Positions 53,055 to 64,000 of a stretch of 64,000 nucleotides of DNA are shown here, piece by piece (the first letter of the stretch is position 1; the number at the start of each line of letters is the position of its first letter). A program made the translations under genes and the position numbers. The DNA is taken from positions 40,516 to 104,515 of the forward strand of contig CAWJBB010000051.1 in assembly GCA_963840855.1 (NCBI GenBank). Direction: 5' to 3'. The notes under the pieces were generated by a model. The model ran no database searches, had not been told where the DNA came from, and was given only the letters and a program-made list of their open reading frames with translations. The stretch comes from an uncultured delta proteobacterium. Its GTDB lineage: Bacteria; Desulfobacterota; Binatia; UBA9968.

Positions 53055-54369
53055 TTATAACAGCGTGCCGCGCAAAACCACGGCAGCAATCGTGAAGTAG
53101 ATGACCAGGCCCGTGACATCGACCAAAGTCGCCACGAACGGCGCGGAGGCGCTCGCCGGGTCAAAACCGCAACCGCGCAGAACAAAAGGCAGGATCGAAC
53201 CGGCCACCGCGCCCCACAATACGACTCCAATTAAGCTCAGCGCCACCGTCGAAGCCACCAGGAAGTAATGGTCGCCGTAGGCGTTGAACCACCATTGCCA
53301 GAGCAGGATACGAACCAGACCCGAGAGTGGCCAGAATCAGCCCCAGCCCCAAACCCGTCACGACTTCGCGCCGAATCACCCGCCACCAATCGCGTAGCCT
53401 TACCTCTCCCAGCGCCATCGCCCGGATCACCAACGTCGTGGCTTGGGAGCCGGAATTGCCGCCGCTGCTGATAATGAGCGGAACGAACAACGCCAGAACC
53501 ACGGCCCTGGTAATTTCCGCCTCGAACCGGCCCATCGCCGTCGCCGTAAGCATTTCACCGAGAAATAGCGCGGCCAACCACCCGGCCCGCTTCTTGATCA
53601 TTCGCGCCAGAGAGATCTGCAAGTAGGGTTCATCCAGGGTCGCGACCGCGCCGAGCTTTTGCATATCCTCGGTGGCCTCCTCCTGCACCACATCGACGAT
53701 ATCGTTGACGCTTACCACGCCTTTGATGCGGCCCGCCGAATCGACAATCGGCATCATAAGCAGATGATGGCGCATGAAAAGCTTGCTGAGCGCCTCCTGA
53801 TCGAGATCGTCCCGCGCCGATATCACCTCGGTGCGCATTACCTCGCCGACCCGTTTGTCACCCGGCGCGACAATCAGATCGCGAAAAGAGACCACGCCAA
53901 GGAGCCGTTCCTCAGCGTCAACGACATAGACATAATAGACCGTCTTCTCCCGCGCGCGTGCGTCTCGTTTCAAGTAACTGATCGCCTCGTCCACGGTCAT
54001 ATCCACCCGCAACCGCGAGTAGCGGGTGTTCATCAGCCCGCCGGCTTCGTCCTCCGCATAGTCGAGAAGGCCTTTGACTTCCCGCTGCGTGAAATCGTCG
54101 AGCAGCGATACAAGATGATCACGCTGAGCGGCCGGGGCTTCTTGAATAACATCCGCAGCATCATCGGGCGCAAGCAGTCTCAACCACAACCGCTGCTCTC
54201 CTGGTGAGAGCGCTACTATCAGCTCGGCCCGGTCGCGCGCGCTTAGTTGCCGGAAAAAATCATCGGCCTCGTCTCTTTGCAGTAATTCAAAGCCTTCGAC
54301 GCGTTCGGTCAATGAGAGTACCGGCCACGCGTCGTAAAGTTCGGCAGCGGTAAAGTTCTTTTCGGCCAT
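53055..54369 (-). CDS. mgtE: Magnesium transporter MgtE (frameshift near 53320)
   Basis: AGGLM, CBS pair, GGNSGSQ, DPASASAPFVATLVDVTG. Confidence 0.94.
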
Positions 54370-54491
54370 CGGCAAACCAAGCACTGCGGTAAGCCCACAA
54401 ATTACCACAGTGCCGAAGCGAATACCGAATAAAATCTGCTGCCGGGTTGCGGCCGAGATTCTGGCGCAGGGCGGCGTGAGTTGGTTATGGG

Positions 54492-54950
54492 TCAGTAACC
54501 TTCGATGATGCAGCTCTCATCGCTATTGGCGCAAATCGAGTTGGCAGTTTGCAGGGGAATCTTGTGAGTGCCGCTGATGTGATCGAGAAAACCCACCCGG
54601 CTGACGAATCCGACGTGATGCACATGGCAATAAAACGGTTCGCTGGTCACTACCGTGACCGGTGCATAGTAGGGGTAATATGTGTATGGCGTGACAATAA
54701 TGACAGAACGCGGATCATTGCGAAAATAATGATGGGGATAAAAGTTGTGACGATAGTAAAAAGGGTAGTGCGGTCCGACCGGCGAAGACGGCCTCCAATG
54801 GCGCTGTATGTCATTGCGGGGCGCCCCGCCCACAAAGCCGCGGCCAACCCTTCCCGGGCCAGTCGCGCCAAGACGGCCGCCCGCGGTAATCTCTCCCGAA
54901 AGCAACAAGATGAGACCCAATGCGAACGTCAAGGTCAAAATGCGTTTCAT
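54492..54950 (-). CDS. Exported hypothetical protein with a zinc-finger-like C-terminal motif
   Basis: Signal peptide, Gly/Arg- then Tyr/His/Pro-rich linker, FYCHVHHVGFVSRVGFLDHISGTH. Confidence 0.7.
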   Translation of the reverse strand: MKRILTLTFALGLILLLSGEITAGGRLGATGPGRVGRGFVGGAPRNDIQRHWRPSSPVGPHYPFYYRHNFYPHHYFRNDPRSVIIVTPYTYYPYYAPVTVVTSEPFYCHVHHVGFVSRVGFLDHISGTHKIPLQTANSICANSDESCIIEGY

Positions 54951-55072
54951 CGGCGACCTCCAGCTTTCTCGACAAAAAACGGATCAATGAACCCGCCGGT
55001 CAATCCTATGTTAGACGTCTGCCACGACCAATTCATAACATAGCGCAGCCGATGAGGAAACCGCGAGTCATC

Positions 55073-55172
55073 CGGTTCAGTGTTCAACGGTACGCGCCTG
55101 TGGCGCTCGGTTCAAAGTTCAATGTTTAAGGTTCAAGGGGGGACGTTGAACTTTGAACGTTGAACCTTGAAC
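55073..55172. repeat. Inverted heptamer arrays
   Basis: GTTCAAA GTTCAAT GTTTAAG GTTCAAG ... TTGAACT TTGAACG TTGAACC TTGAAC. Confidence 0.8.
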
Positions 55173-55216
55173 AGGCCTTGTTTGCTTGCGAAACCGGCGC
55201 AGGCTAAGGTTCGTCG

Positions 55217-56092
55217 TTGATCGCCATGCTTGCCATCCTGCTCGCGCTCATCGGCTCGTTCTGGTTTGCATTTTCAATGGTTGTCATCAACCGCGGCGTA
55301 CTCTCCATCGATTACTTCCGCGGTCTGCTCGCCAATCTAGGCGCCAACACGTTGTTTATCTGGCTTTACGTCTTTCTGTTCGTCGACGAAATCGATCTAT
55401 GGCGGCCTGTCAATCTGGTCTTTGTTGCCGTAGGCATCTTCGTTCCCGGCGTGGCGCGCTTTTTTATTTTCAAGAGCATGGAACGGCTGGGCGCGCCGAT
55501 CTCCTCCTGCCTGACCAATAGCGGGCCGCTTTTCGCCATTCTCATCGCGGTATTGTTTCTTGGCGAGCAGCCGACGGCCACCAACATCCTTGGAGCGTTA
55601 TCGATCGTCGGAGGCATCATCGCGCTATCCTGGAAAGGCGCCACTAAGACCTGGCGCACCCGCGATCTTATTTTTCCCACCACCGCCGCCTTTCTTTTCG
55701 CCGCGCGGGACAATCTCGTGCGCTTCGCCGTGGTCCAGATACCGTCGCCGGTGGTGGGCGCGGCCCTAGCGGCAGCGACATCGTTCCTGACGATGTCCTT
55801 TGTGTATCTCAGCTTTGGCGAGAAAAAACCGCTCCCCGAGTTCGCCAGGCGCGGCCTCGGTTACTTTGCGCTCTCCGGCTTCATGAATTTTCTTTCCTAT
55901 GTATTGACCTACAGCGCCCTCGCCATGGAGCGAGTGTCGATCATATCGCCGCTGGTAAACGGCTCTTCCCTGTTCGTGCTTCCGCTGTCCTATTTCATGC
56001 TCAAGGACGTGGAAAAACTCACGGCGCGCAAAATCGGCGCTACCTTACTAGTGATCCTGGGTGTGTTTTTGATTGCCTGGGAGAAGTTATAA
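55217..56092 (+). CDS. EamA/DMT-family transporter
   Basis: About 10 TM helices in two repeats, PLFAILIAVLFLGE. Confidence 0.88.
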   Translation: MIAMLAILLALIGSFWFAFSMVVINRGVLSIDYFRGLLANLGANTLFIWLYVFLFVDEIDLWRPVNLVFVAVGIFVPGVARFFIFKSMERLGAPISSCLTNSGPLFAILIAVLFLGEQPTATNILGALSIVGGIIALSWKGATKTWRTRDLIFPTTAAFLFAARDNLVRFAVVQIPSPVVGAALAAATSFLTMSFVYLSFGEKKPLPEFARRGLGYFALSGFMNFLSYVLTYSALAMERVSIISPLVNGSSLFVLPLSYFMLKDVEKLTARKIGATLLVILGVFLIAWEKL

Positions 56093-56138
56093 TCGTGCTC
56101 GACGAACGAACACGAACATCGAAATCTGCGCGCCTGGC

Positions 56139-56873
56139 TCAATGCATCGTCGGCCCAGAGTCGTCATCCCTGCCGCCGGGGAGCACCTGAAAGCGCCGTT
56201 TGAGGCGGGCGAGGCGGCGCCGGTCTTGGTAGAGTTTCCAGCGGTCCCAGGGGTTGTAGAATTTCCAGCGGCCCAATCGGTTGCCGCCGCGCAGATAAAG
56301 ATAACCGAAAACCATGCCGCCGAGATGCGCAAGATGAGCGATACCGCTTTGGCCGGATGCCGCCGCCGAGTAAACCGCGATGGCGCCGATGATCATGACG
56401 AAATACTTCATTTTGATGGGGAACAAAAAATAAAAGTAAATGATCTGGTTGGGATAGATCAGGCCGAAGGCGAGGAGAATGCCGTATATGCCCGCCGACG
56501 CCCCGATGCTCGGCGCCATCTGTCCCGGCAAAAACAGCGTGTTGAGAATCGCGCCGCCGACCACCGACACAAAGAAATATTTTAAGAAGAACTCGCTTCC
56601 CCAGCGCCGCTCCAGGTCACAGCCGAACATCCAGAGGGCGAGCATATTGAACAGCAGGTGCATCAGCCCGCCGTGAAAAAATTGATAAGTGAAAAGCTGC
56701 CACAGGTAAAAATCCTGCCACACCAAAGCGGGCACAAGGCCAAACACGTTAATCACCCAGCGCGGCAGCACAAGCTGCAAGACAAAGACCGCCGTGTTGG
56801 CGATCAGTAAGAATTTGACCGCCGGCGTAACGGCGCCGCCGCCAAAAGAAAAACTACGCGTCTGGTAAAGCAT
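56139..56873 (-). CDS. Rhomboid intramembrane serine protease
   Basis: WQLFTYQFFH, HLLFNM, GASAG, AHLGG. Confidence 0.93.
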   Translation of the reverse strand: MLYQTRSFSFGGGAVTPAVKFLLIANTAVFVLQLVLPRWVINVFGLVPALVWQDFYLWQLFTYQFFHGGLMHLLFNMLALWMFGCDLERRWGSEFFLKYFFVSVVGGAILNTLFLPGQMAPSIGASAGIYGILLAFGLIYPNQIIYFYFLFPIKMKYFVMIIGAIAVYSAAASGQSGIAHLAHLGGMVFGYLYLRGGNRLGRWKFYNPWDRWKLYQDRRRLARLKRRFQVLPGGRDDDSGPTMH

Positions 56874-56902
56874 CTTGTTTAGCTTACCCGCTGGGCAGAT
56901 GG

Positions 56903-57093
56903 GGTTCAAGGTTGCAGCCGCGCCACAAAGTGGAGCGGCTGTTCAAAGTTCAAGGTTCAAAGTATCGGACCTTAAACATAAGGGCGCGCATTTAATCGTT
57001 TGAGCTTCAATTTAACACGTCGGCTCTTTAAAAAAAGCCGTTGGGGTCTTGTTTCTGTTGGCTTCCGAAACGTTGAACTTTGAGCCTTGAACA
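56903..57093. repeat. Inverted heptamer arrays flanking an AT-rich spacer
   Basis: GTTCAAA GTTCAAG GTTCAAA (56941-56961) and TTGAACT TTGAGCC TTGAAC (57073-57092). Confidence 0.7.
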
Positions 57094-57107
57094 TTAAACG
57101 GGCGGCT

Positions 57108-57809
57108 TCAGCCGCCGAGATACGCCTGGCGCACGAGATCGTTGCCGGCGAGATCGGCGGCGCTCCCCTCGAGGATCACCAAGCCGGTTTCGAGCACGTA
57201 ACCGCGATGCGAGATCGCCAGCGCCATGGCCGCGTTTTGCTCGACCAGCAAAACCGTGACGCCGGCCTGATTGATGGCGCGGATGGTTTCCAAGATCTGC
57301 TCGACGATTTTCGGCGCCAGGCCCATAGACGGCTCGTCGAGAAGCAAGAGTTTCGGCCGCGCCATGATGGCTCGGCCGATGGCGAGCATTTGCTGCTCGC
57401 CGCCGGAGAGCGTCCCGGCAAATTGTTTGTGCCGCTCTTTGAGGCGCGGAAACATCTGAAAGACATAATCGATATCCGCTCCCAGGGCGCCCTTGTCGCG
57501 GGTGTAGCCGCCGATTTCGAGGTTTTCCCGCACGGTAAAGCGCGGAAAAACTTTTCGTCCCTCGGGCACATGAGCCACGCCGCGGCGCACGATGTCATGG
57601 GATTCGATGTTTTCCAACCGAGCGCCTTCCAGCTCCACCGTTCCCCGGCGTGGACGCAACAGACCCGAAAGAGTTTTCAAGGTCGTAGTCTTGCCCGCTC
57701 CGTTGGCGCCGAGCAACGTCACGAGCTCCCCTTTGGCGACCGAAAACGACACACCCTTGAGCGCGTGAATGGCGTCGTAGTAGACGTGAATGTCGCTAAC
57801 TTGGAGCAT
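57108..57809 (-). CDS. livF: Branched-chain amino acid ABC ATPase
   Basis: [25 protein letters not shown]. Confidence 0.93.
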   Translation of the reverse strand: MLQVSDIHVYYDAIHALKGVSFSVAKGELVTLLGANGAGKTTTLKTLSGLLRPRRGTVELEGARLENIESHDIVRRGVAHVPEGRKVFPRFTVRENLEIGGYTRDKGALGADIDYVFQMFPRLKERHKQFAGTLSGGEQQMLAIGRAIMARPKLLLLDEPSMGLAPKIVEQILETIRAINQAGVTVLLVEQNAAMALAISHRGYVLETGLVILEGSAADLAGNDLVRQAYLGG

Positions 57810-58582
57810 GCTGCGCCCACTTGCCTTGGCCCAGATACGCTTCGATAACCCGCGGGTCCTGGCGCACCTCGTCGGGGTGGCCTTCGGCGATCTTCTCGCC
57901 GTAGTCCAAAACATGCACCCGGTCCGACACGCCCATCACCAATCGCATGTTGTGCTCGATCAAGAGAATCGCATGGACATGGAGGCCGATGAGTTCTTTG
58001 AACAAACCCATCAGCGACTGCGCTTCCCTGGCGTTCATGCCGGCGCTGGGCTCGTCGAGGAGCAACACCTTTGGCTCCGCGGCTAGAGCCCGGGCGATTT
58101 CTAGTCGCCGCTGTTCCCCGTAGGAAAGTTGGCGCGCCCATTCGTTCTCGCGGCCCGAAAGACCGGTGAGCTCGATCAATTCCAGAGCACGCCGCCTGGC
58201 CTGCTCCTCGCGCACCCGGCCGTTTCGGCTGGCGAGCAAAATTTCACTGAGCCGAATCCTCAAGCGCGCATGCATTCCGACCAGGACGTTTTCGAGGACG
58301 GTCATGTGCCCGAACAGGCGGATGTTCTGAAAGGTCCGGCTGATACCGGCGCCGGTGATCTTATCGGGCGTGAGCCCGATCAGCGAACGGCCTTGAAAAG
58401 GAGATCTCGCCTTCGTCGGGATGATAAAGGCCGGTGAGGGTGTTGAACAGAGTAGTTTTACCCGCGCCGTTGGGTCCGATGAGCGACGCGATCATACCTT
58501 CGTCGACGTCGAGGTTGACCCGTGACAGCGCCTGCAAACCGCCGAAACGTTTTGAGATACCGCGCAGTTCGAGCAATGCCAT
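57796..58582 (-). CDS. livG: Branched-chain amino acid ABC ATPase (frameshift near 58400)
   Basis: [30 protein letters not shown]. Confidence 0.92.
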
Positions 58583-58583
58583 A

Positions 58584-59831
58584 TTACGAGTTCCGCTCGC
58601 GGCGCGGCGGCAAGATTCCCTGGGGGCGAAAGATCATCATGAGAATCAAGATCAGACCGAATACCATCCGTTCGTATTTCGCCGGCTCAAATTGAACCGG
58701 CAGTTGGCTCAGGGGAAAACTGCCGATCAGCGGTATGGTCAACGCCGCGCCGGACTGGCGCAGGCCGTTGAGCCACAGCGAAAGACCTTTGAGCAGATGC
58801 AGATTTAATATCGTCACGCCGGTGGCGCCCAATATCGCGCCGGGCACCGAACCCATGCCGCCGAGGATCACCATGGCGAGGACGCCGATGGATTCCATGA
58901 ACGTGAAGCTTTCCGGATTGATGAATACCTGCTTGGCGGCAAACAGCACGCCCACCGCCGATGCGAAGGAAGCGCCGGCAGCGAAGCCGAAAAGCTTCAT
59001 GCGCACCACCGGAATCCCCATGGCGGAAGCCGCGATCTCATCTTCGCGGATCGCCTTCCACGCCCGACCGATGCGCGAATCTTCCAGCCGCCGGGTGACA
59101 AGAACCACGGCGAAAACGAACAGCAGCACCAGGAAGTAAAAATAAAAGGGGTAGAGCTTGGCGTCGGCGACCTGAACACCAAAGAACTCCAGCCAGGGCT
59201 GAAAGAATAGCGGCGGCTTTGTGATAGGCGCGATACCCCGTGGCCCGTTGGTCAAGTTAATCGGCTTGTCAAGATTGTTCACCAGCGCGCGCACGACCTC
59301 GGCGAATCCCAGCGTGACGATGGCGAGATAATCGCCGCGCAAGCGGAGCACGGGTAAACCGAGCAGCAGGCCGGTAAGCGCGCCGAGGGCGATGCTCAGC
59401 AACAAGAAAGGGAAAAACCAGTTCGGCGATAGTGGAAAAAAATTGCCCGGGATGAACTCGTTGGCTTGCGGAGAGCCGAACACCGCCCAGAAATAGGCGC
59501 CAATGGCATAGAACGCGACGAAGCCGAGATTCAATAGCCCGCAAAATCCGACGACGATATTAAGGCCCAATGCCAGAGCGACATAGATGCCGATCTGAAT
59601 GCCGATTTCCAGATAGTATGCGTTGACCGAGCCGAGCAGCGGCATGAGCACGAGCAGCGCCGCGCCGCCCAGAAAATGTTTCACCGCCCGCGGCGCCGGA
59701 ACCAGGTAAAGCACCAATAGCGAAGTCTCGAAGCAGAGGAATCCTAAAACCGATTGGGGAAAGAGATAGGCCAAAAGACAGCTTGCGGCGATGTAAACGG
59801 ACGCGCCGAGAGCGGCAAGAGCGCGGCTCAC
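58584..59831 (-). CDS. livM: Branched-chain amino acid ABC permease
   Basis: [28 protein letters not shown]. Confidence 0.93.
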   Translation of the reverse strand: MSRALAALGASVYIAASCLLAYLFPQSVLGFLCFETSLLVLYLVPAPRAVKHFLGGAALLVLMPLLGSVNAYYLEIGIQIGIYVALALGLNIVVGFCGLLNLGFVAFYAIGAYFWAVFGSPQANEFIPGNFFPLSPNWFFPFLLLSIALGALTGLLLGLPVLRLRGDYLAIVTLGFAEVVRALVNNLDKPINLTNGPRGIAPITKPPLFFQPWLEFFGVQVADAKLYPFYFYFLVLLFVFAVVLVTRRLEDSRIGRAWKAIREDEIAASAMGIPVVRMKLFGFAAGASFASAVGVLFAAKQVFINPESFTFMESIGVLAMVILGGMGSVPGAILGATGVTILNLHLLKGLSLWLNGLRQSGAALTIPLIGSFPLSQLPVQFEPAKYERMVFGLILILMMIFRPQGILPPRRERNS

Positions 59832-60796
59832 GCCTGCGCCTCCCGCACTCTCTCGCCGAGCAGTCCCTTGGGGCGAAAAATCAAAATCAGGATCAGCACC
59901 AGGAAGGCAAAGACGTCTTTGTATTCGGCGCCAAAGGCGCCATCGGTCAACAGTGACAAGTAGGAAGCAGCGAACGCTTCCAACAAGCCCAGCACCATGC
60001 CACCCAGCATCGCGCCGGGGATGTTGCCGATGCCGCCCAGGACCGCCGCGGTAAAAGCCTTCATGCCGGGAATGAAGCCCGAATAAGGATTGACCAGGCT
60101 GTAATGGAGACCGAAGAGCACTCCCGCCAATCCGCCCATGGCGCCGCCGACAAAAAAAGTGAGCGCGATGACGCGGTTGACAGGGATGCCCATGAGCGAT
60201 GCCGTATCGGGGTCCTGGGCCACCGCGCGAATGGCGGTGCCGACCCGGGTGTGGTTGACGAACAGGTTAAGCCCGACGAGCATCAGGAGCGCCGTGACAA
60301 TCACCAGGATCGACTTCCCCGGCACTACGAGATTGGCCGTCAGCGCCACGGTGCGGTCGAGAAATTCCAAGCTCGGATAGTTGAGATAAAAGGTGTTGCG
60401 CCACAGACTTTCGAATAGCCGTAAGCCGTCTTGCAGAAAAAACGACGCGCCAACGGCGGAGATGAGCGCCACTAGACGTGGCGCGCCATGCAGCGGCCGG
60501 TAGGCGACCCGCTCCAGCGCCATGGCGGCCAGGCCGCTGATGGCCATGCTCGCGCCGATTACCAGAAAGAGCACGAAGGCGGGATGTAATAACGCCAATG
60601 ATCCGGCGTCTTGCAGTAACAGCAAAATTTCTACGCCGACAAAAGCGCCGAGCACGAAAATCTCGCTATGGGCGAAATTGATAAATTCCAAAACGCCGTA
60701 GACCATGGTGTAGCCCAGGGCGATGAGCGCGTACATAAAACCGAGGACGATGCCGTCGACGAGAACTTGAGGGAAAATTTCGAGCGCGATTTCCAA
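59828..60796 (-). CDS. livH: Branched-chain amino acid ABC permease
   Basis: ALGYTMVYG, INFAH, KAFTAAVLGGIG. Confidence 0.93.
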   Translation of the reverse strand: MEIALEIFPQVLVDGIVLGFMYALIALGYTMVYGVLEFINFAHSEIFVLGAFVGVEILLLLQDAGSLALLHPAFVLFLVIGASMAISGLAAMALERVAYRPLHGAPRLVALISAVGASFFLQDGLRLFESLWRNTFYLNYPSLEFLDRTVALTANLVVPGKSILVIVTALLMLVGLNLFVNHTRVGTAIRAVAQDPDTASLMGIPVNRVIALTFFVGGAMGGLAGVLFGLHYSLVNPYSGFIPGMKAFTAAVLGGIGNIPGAMLGGMVLGLLEAFAASYLSLLTDGAFGAEYKDVFAFLVLILILIFRPKGLLGERVREAQA

Positions 60797-60972
60797 CGCT
60801 TATGGTAGCCTTTCAATTTTCGCTATGCTAACAAATCCACCGCTGTCCCGCCACTAAATTACTTACTGCGGCGACTTAAAAGGCGTATACTCTCTCTCGT
60901 GGCATCGCATTACCTTGGCGCGCGGCGGCGCGCATTTGCAAAGGCTCATCGCATCGGCCGCGAGGCCGGGTC

Positions 60973-62493
60973 ATGAAAAAACTGCTCTGGATTGGCGCCG
61001 GGCTGGTATTCATCCTGGCCGCGGTTGTTTTTGTAGCGCCCGCCTTCCTCGACCTCGGATCGTTCAAAAACACCTACCTTCCCCTGGTCGAAGAAGCCAT
61101 CCACCGGCGCGTCGATGTCGGCGAAGTGCGACTGCGCTTGGTGCCGACGCCGTCCATCCGGCTATCGAGCCTGAAAGTTTGGGATACTCCAGACTTCCCA
61201 AACAATACGTTTTTCGCCGCCGAGCAGATCCAACTCCGCTTGAAACTTTGGCCACTCTTGCGCGGCCGCTTCGAGGTCACCGAGCTGGTTTTGGACAAAC
61301 CGGTGGTAAGTCTATTGAAGCAGCCCGACGGCACGTTCAATTACTCCGACATCGCCGGCAAAAAAGCTCAGGGCGCGGGCAAACGGGAAACGCGCAAAAA
61401 AGCCGCCGGCAAATCCCAAGAGGCCGGAGCCATCCCGCTTGCGCTGCCATCACGCCTGCGCATCCGTGACGGCGAGTTCAAGCTCGAAACCAAAGGGCAA
61501 AAACCGGTGCGTATCGCCGGGGTCGACCTCTTCCTGGAAGAGTTTTCCGCGGACCGCCCCTTTCCTTACCGCGCGGCTTTTAACTATCCCGGTCTCAAAA
61601 CGGTCTCCCTCGAAGGCATGCTCGATTACCGCGAAGAGCAAGCGGAGCTGCAATTCAAAGACAACCGGCTGCGAATTCACGACCTCGTCCTACCCTTAAA
61701 CGCGACCGTGAGCCAGCTCGCCGCCGTGCCTCGTGTCAACCTCAGGGTGGCCAGCGACCATGTCGAGGCCAAACCCATATTCGATATTCTTTCGGTGTTC
61801 GGGTTGGCGCCGGCTGATACGGAGATTTCCGGCCCGCTGGATCTGCGCCTCACCGTAAACGGCCCATCGAACAGTCTGGTGACGCAAGTTTGGAGTAAGT
61901 TTCGCGACGTAAAAGTCGACGGCAAACGAGCGCTCAAAGGTTCGCTCAGCGGCGAAGTATCCATTAAACTCCCGCTCGGCGGCGGCGGCAACACTGCTCA
62001 GCGACTGCAAGGCGATGGCAAACTCAACGCGCGCGACGGCGAGCTGACCAACGTCGATCTTATCGATAAGATCCAACGCGTCACAGGAATGATCGGCCTG
62101 TCGAAGCAGGCGCGCCGTGAGGCGACGACTTTTAAGACCCTAGAAAGCGAGTTCACAATCGGCGGGGGAGTTGCCGATTTCAAACGGCTCTACCTGGTGA
62201 ATCCCCAATTGGAAGTGAACGGTCATGGAACCATGACGCTGGACCGGCCGGTCTTGGACATGAGGCTCGACGCCGCGCTTTCTTCCGCCGCTTCTGCGCT
62301 GTCGGGCCGAGGCAGAGCCGCTACTTTTTTCAAAGACAACCAGGGGCGCATGGTCGTGCCATTGAAAATCACCGGCCGGGTTGAAAGCCCTTCGGTGAGC
62401 CTCGATAGCGAAAGGGCGCTCAAGCGCGGCGTCGCCGGCAACGTTGAAAAAGGATTGGGGTCGTTTTTTAAAAATCTATTTCGCGGCAAGTAG
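60973..62493 (+). CDS. AsmA-family protein
   Basis: N-terminal TM anchor, LWPLLRG, beta-rich repeats, VPLKITG...P. Confidence 0.85.
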   Translation: MKKLLWIGAGLVFILAAVVFVAPAFLDLGSFKNTYLPLVEEAIHRRVDVGEVRLRLVPTPSIRLSSLKVWDTPDFPNNTFFAAEQIQLRLKLWPLLRGRFEVTELVLDKPVVSLLKQPDGTFNYSDIAGKKAQGAGKRETRKKAAGKSQEAGAIPLALPSRLRIRDGEFKLETKGQKPVRIAGVDLFLEEFSADRPFPYRAAFNYPGLKTVSLEGMLDYREEQAELQFKDNRLRIHDLVLPLNATVSQLAAVPRVNLRVASDHVEAKPIFDILSVFGLAPADTEISGPLDLRLTVNGPSNSLVTQVWSKFRDVKVDGKRALKGSLSGEVSIKLPLGGGGNTAQRLQGDGKLNARDGELTNVDLIDKIQRVTGMIGLSKQARREATTFKTLESEFTIGGGVADFKRLYLVNPQLEVNGHGTMTLDRPVLDMRLDAALSSAASALSGRGRAATFFKDNQGRMVVPLKITGRVESPSVSLDSERALKRGVAGNVEKGLGSFFKNLFRGK

Positions 62494-62497
62494 CCGT

Positions 62498-63859
62498 TTA
62501 TGGCCGCGCCGCCGGCAGGCCGAGAATCAGGCTCTGTAGGCTCTTCCCTTTGAGAGTATCCGCAACCGATTGTTCCACGTCGAGCAACAACTCATCGATG
62601 GCGCTTTCTTCCTCGCTGATCGGACGTTGGGACGTCCTTCGTTCGCGGCGGTTGCGCACGCAATCCAGGATTTCCTTGATGCTAATCGTTTCGGGATCGC
62701 GACCGAGAACGAATGACTCTTCGTCGGCTAAGGCGAGCACGAGCCGGCAGCTTTGAAATGTCTCCATAAGTTCCTTCACCACACCGGATGGAATCCCCAG
62801 CCGGGCCGCGATATCGGAAACACTCAGGGGATCCAGGCCCCGGTAAAACCTGTCGCCGACGAGCAGTAACATTTCGAGCGCGATTTTTTCTCGCCCTGCC
62901 AGCGTATTGGCGAGACTATCGCGGTCGGGGTGATAGAAGCGAATCGATTGGTGCGCGTGGGTCACTTGGGCGCCCAGCAGAACGATCACCCAGCCGATAT
63001 GGAGCCAGAGCAGAAACAGCAAAAGCACGGCGAAACTGGAGTATATGGCGTAATACTGCGTCGAAGACGCAACGAACGTGGCAAAGCCCCAGCCGACGGT
63101 TTGCCATAACAACGCCGCCACCAGGCCGCCGATCAATGCGGATTTGAGCCTCACTCGCGTGTTGGGGACAAAAATGTAGAAAAACGTGAATGCGCCCCAG
63201 AGCGTGAGATAAGGCACCAGGCGGAGCATGCCCAAGATCACGGTGCCGAAGGGCTCAAACGCCAGAAACTGGCGCACGAAACTATGGCTCTGGAGTGTGG
63301 CCGTGATCGTCAACGCCGCGAAAACCAGGACGGGGCCCACGAGAATGATGCTTAGATAGTCGCTGAACTTGCGCGACAACTTGCGCGGCGCCTTGACGCG
63401 CCAGATGTGATTGAAAGCTTCCTCAATGGTCCCCATCATTGACATCACCGTAGTAAACAACGTCACCAGACCGATGCTGCCCAATGCGCCGGCGTTCATG
63501 CGGTCGACGAAGCCGATCAGGTGTGCCGTAATCTCCACTCCCTTTTCGCCCAATGGGGCGAGCGCCTCGGCGAGCACCGGTTCCAAGCGGTTGTGCACGC
63601 CGAAACCTTTTAGGATGGAAAAGACCACCGCCAGCAAGGGCGCCAGCGAAAGTAACGTCTTGAAAGCGAGGGCCATGGCCTGGAGCTGGATCAGATTCTC
63701 GAAGAAGTCACGGCCCACCAGCAGGCCAATTCGCAACCAGGTACGCAGTAACCGATTGATGCCGCTGCGTTCCGACGGCTCGATTTCCCAAATCTGCTCT
63801 AAGACCCTGGTTTTGATGTCCTGAAGTGACCGCCTGGCGTCTCTCGCGGGGGTATTCAT
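62498..63859 (-). CDS. yihY: YihY/BrkB-family inner membrane protein with C-terminal Rrf2-like HTH
   Basis: LAFKTLLSLAP, IEEAFNHIW, VPNTRV, YAIYSSFA, LLGAQ. Confidence 0.9.
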   Translation of the reverse strand: MNTPARDARRSLQDIKTRVLEQIWEIEPSERSGINRLLRTWLRIGLLVGRDFFENLIQLQAMALAFKTLLSLAPLLAVVFSILKGFGVHNRLEPVLAEALAPLGEKGVEITAHLIGFVDRMNAGALGSIGLVTLFTTVMSMMGTIEEAFNHIWRVKAPRKLSRKFSDYLSIILVGPVLVFAALTITATLQSHSFVRQFLAFEPFGTVILGMLRLVPYLTLWGAFTFFYIFVPNTRVRLKSALIGGLVAALLWQTVGWGFATFVASSTQYYAIYSSFAVLLLFLLWLHIGWVIVLLGAQVTHAHQSIRFYHPDRDSLANTLAGREKIALEMLLLVGDRFYRGLDPLSVSDIAARLGIPSGVVKELMETFQSCRLVLALADEESFVLGRDPETISIKEILDCVRNRRERRTSQRPISEEESAIDELLLDVEQSVADTLKGKSLQSLILGLPAARP

Positions 63860-63939
63860 TGAATGACAATGTACCGGCTTGAATGGCTCTCCCTGAAGAT
63901 ATCTTGCTTCGCCCGTGGAAGTCTAGCGCGCAGCGAATA

Positions 63940-63999
63940 TCGTGTTCGTTTCTCGTGCTCGTGTTCGTCCCAGCACGAGCACGAACCACGAACACGAGC
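63940..63999. repeat. Hexamer repeat hairpin (CGTGTT/CACGAG)
   Basis: CGTGTT CGTTTCT CGTGCT CGTGTT ... CACGAG CACGAAC CACGAA CACGAG; related run at 56093-56120. Confidence 0.7.
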
Positions 64000-64000
64000 C

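Overview
GC-rich bacterial chromosome segment. Gene content and intergenic repeat style suggest a deltaproteobacterial-type lineage such as Ca. Binatia (inference). Nt 1-4075 are the end of an integrated P4/PICI-like element abutting the 3' end of tRNA-Ala(CGC). It carries a Rap1a-like gene, a small DUF2292-like gene, a D5/SF3 helicase and an iteron-type origin, then about 2 kb of strongly strand-asymmetric (T-poor) hairpin-rich DNA with a G-quadruplex/inverted-repeat element. That 2 kb stretch is the least explained part of the window. Next come galU-dksA, an MBL-fold gene and an AMMECR1 gene, then a complete IS21 with a 6-bp target duplication. A remnant island follows (perR/furA-katG, IS110 5' fragment, tRNA-Leu 3' att remnant). 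The rest is housekeeping: alr, purH, purD, tsaC, pepF, nagZ, gshA, mtnA, acpS, htrA, ddl, a full dcw cluster with a STAS gene between mraZ and rsmH, rnpB, a truncated rnhA, mgtE, livHMGF, an AsmA-family gene and yihY. Many single-base frameshifts, including in essential murC and murF, indicate indel-prone sequencing, so pseudogene calls are tentative.
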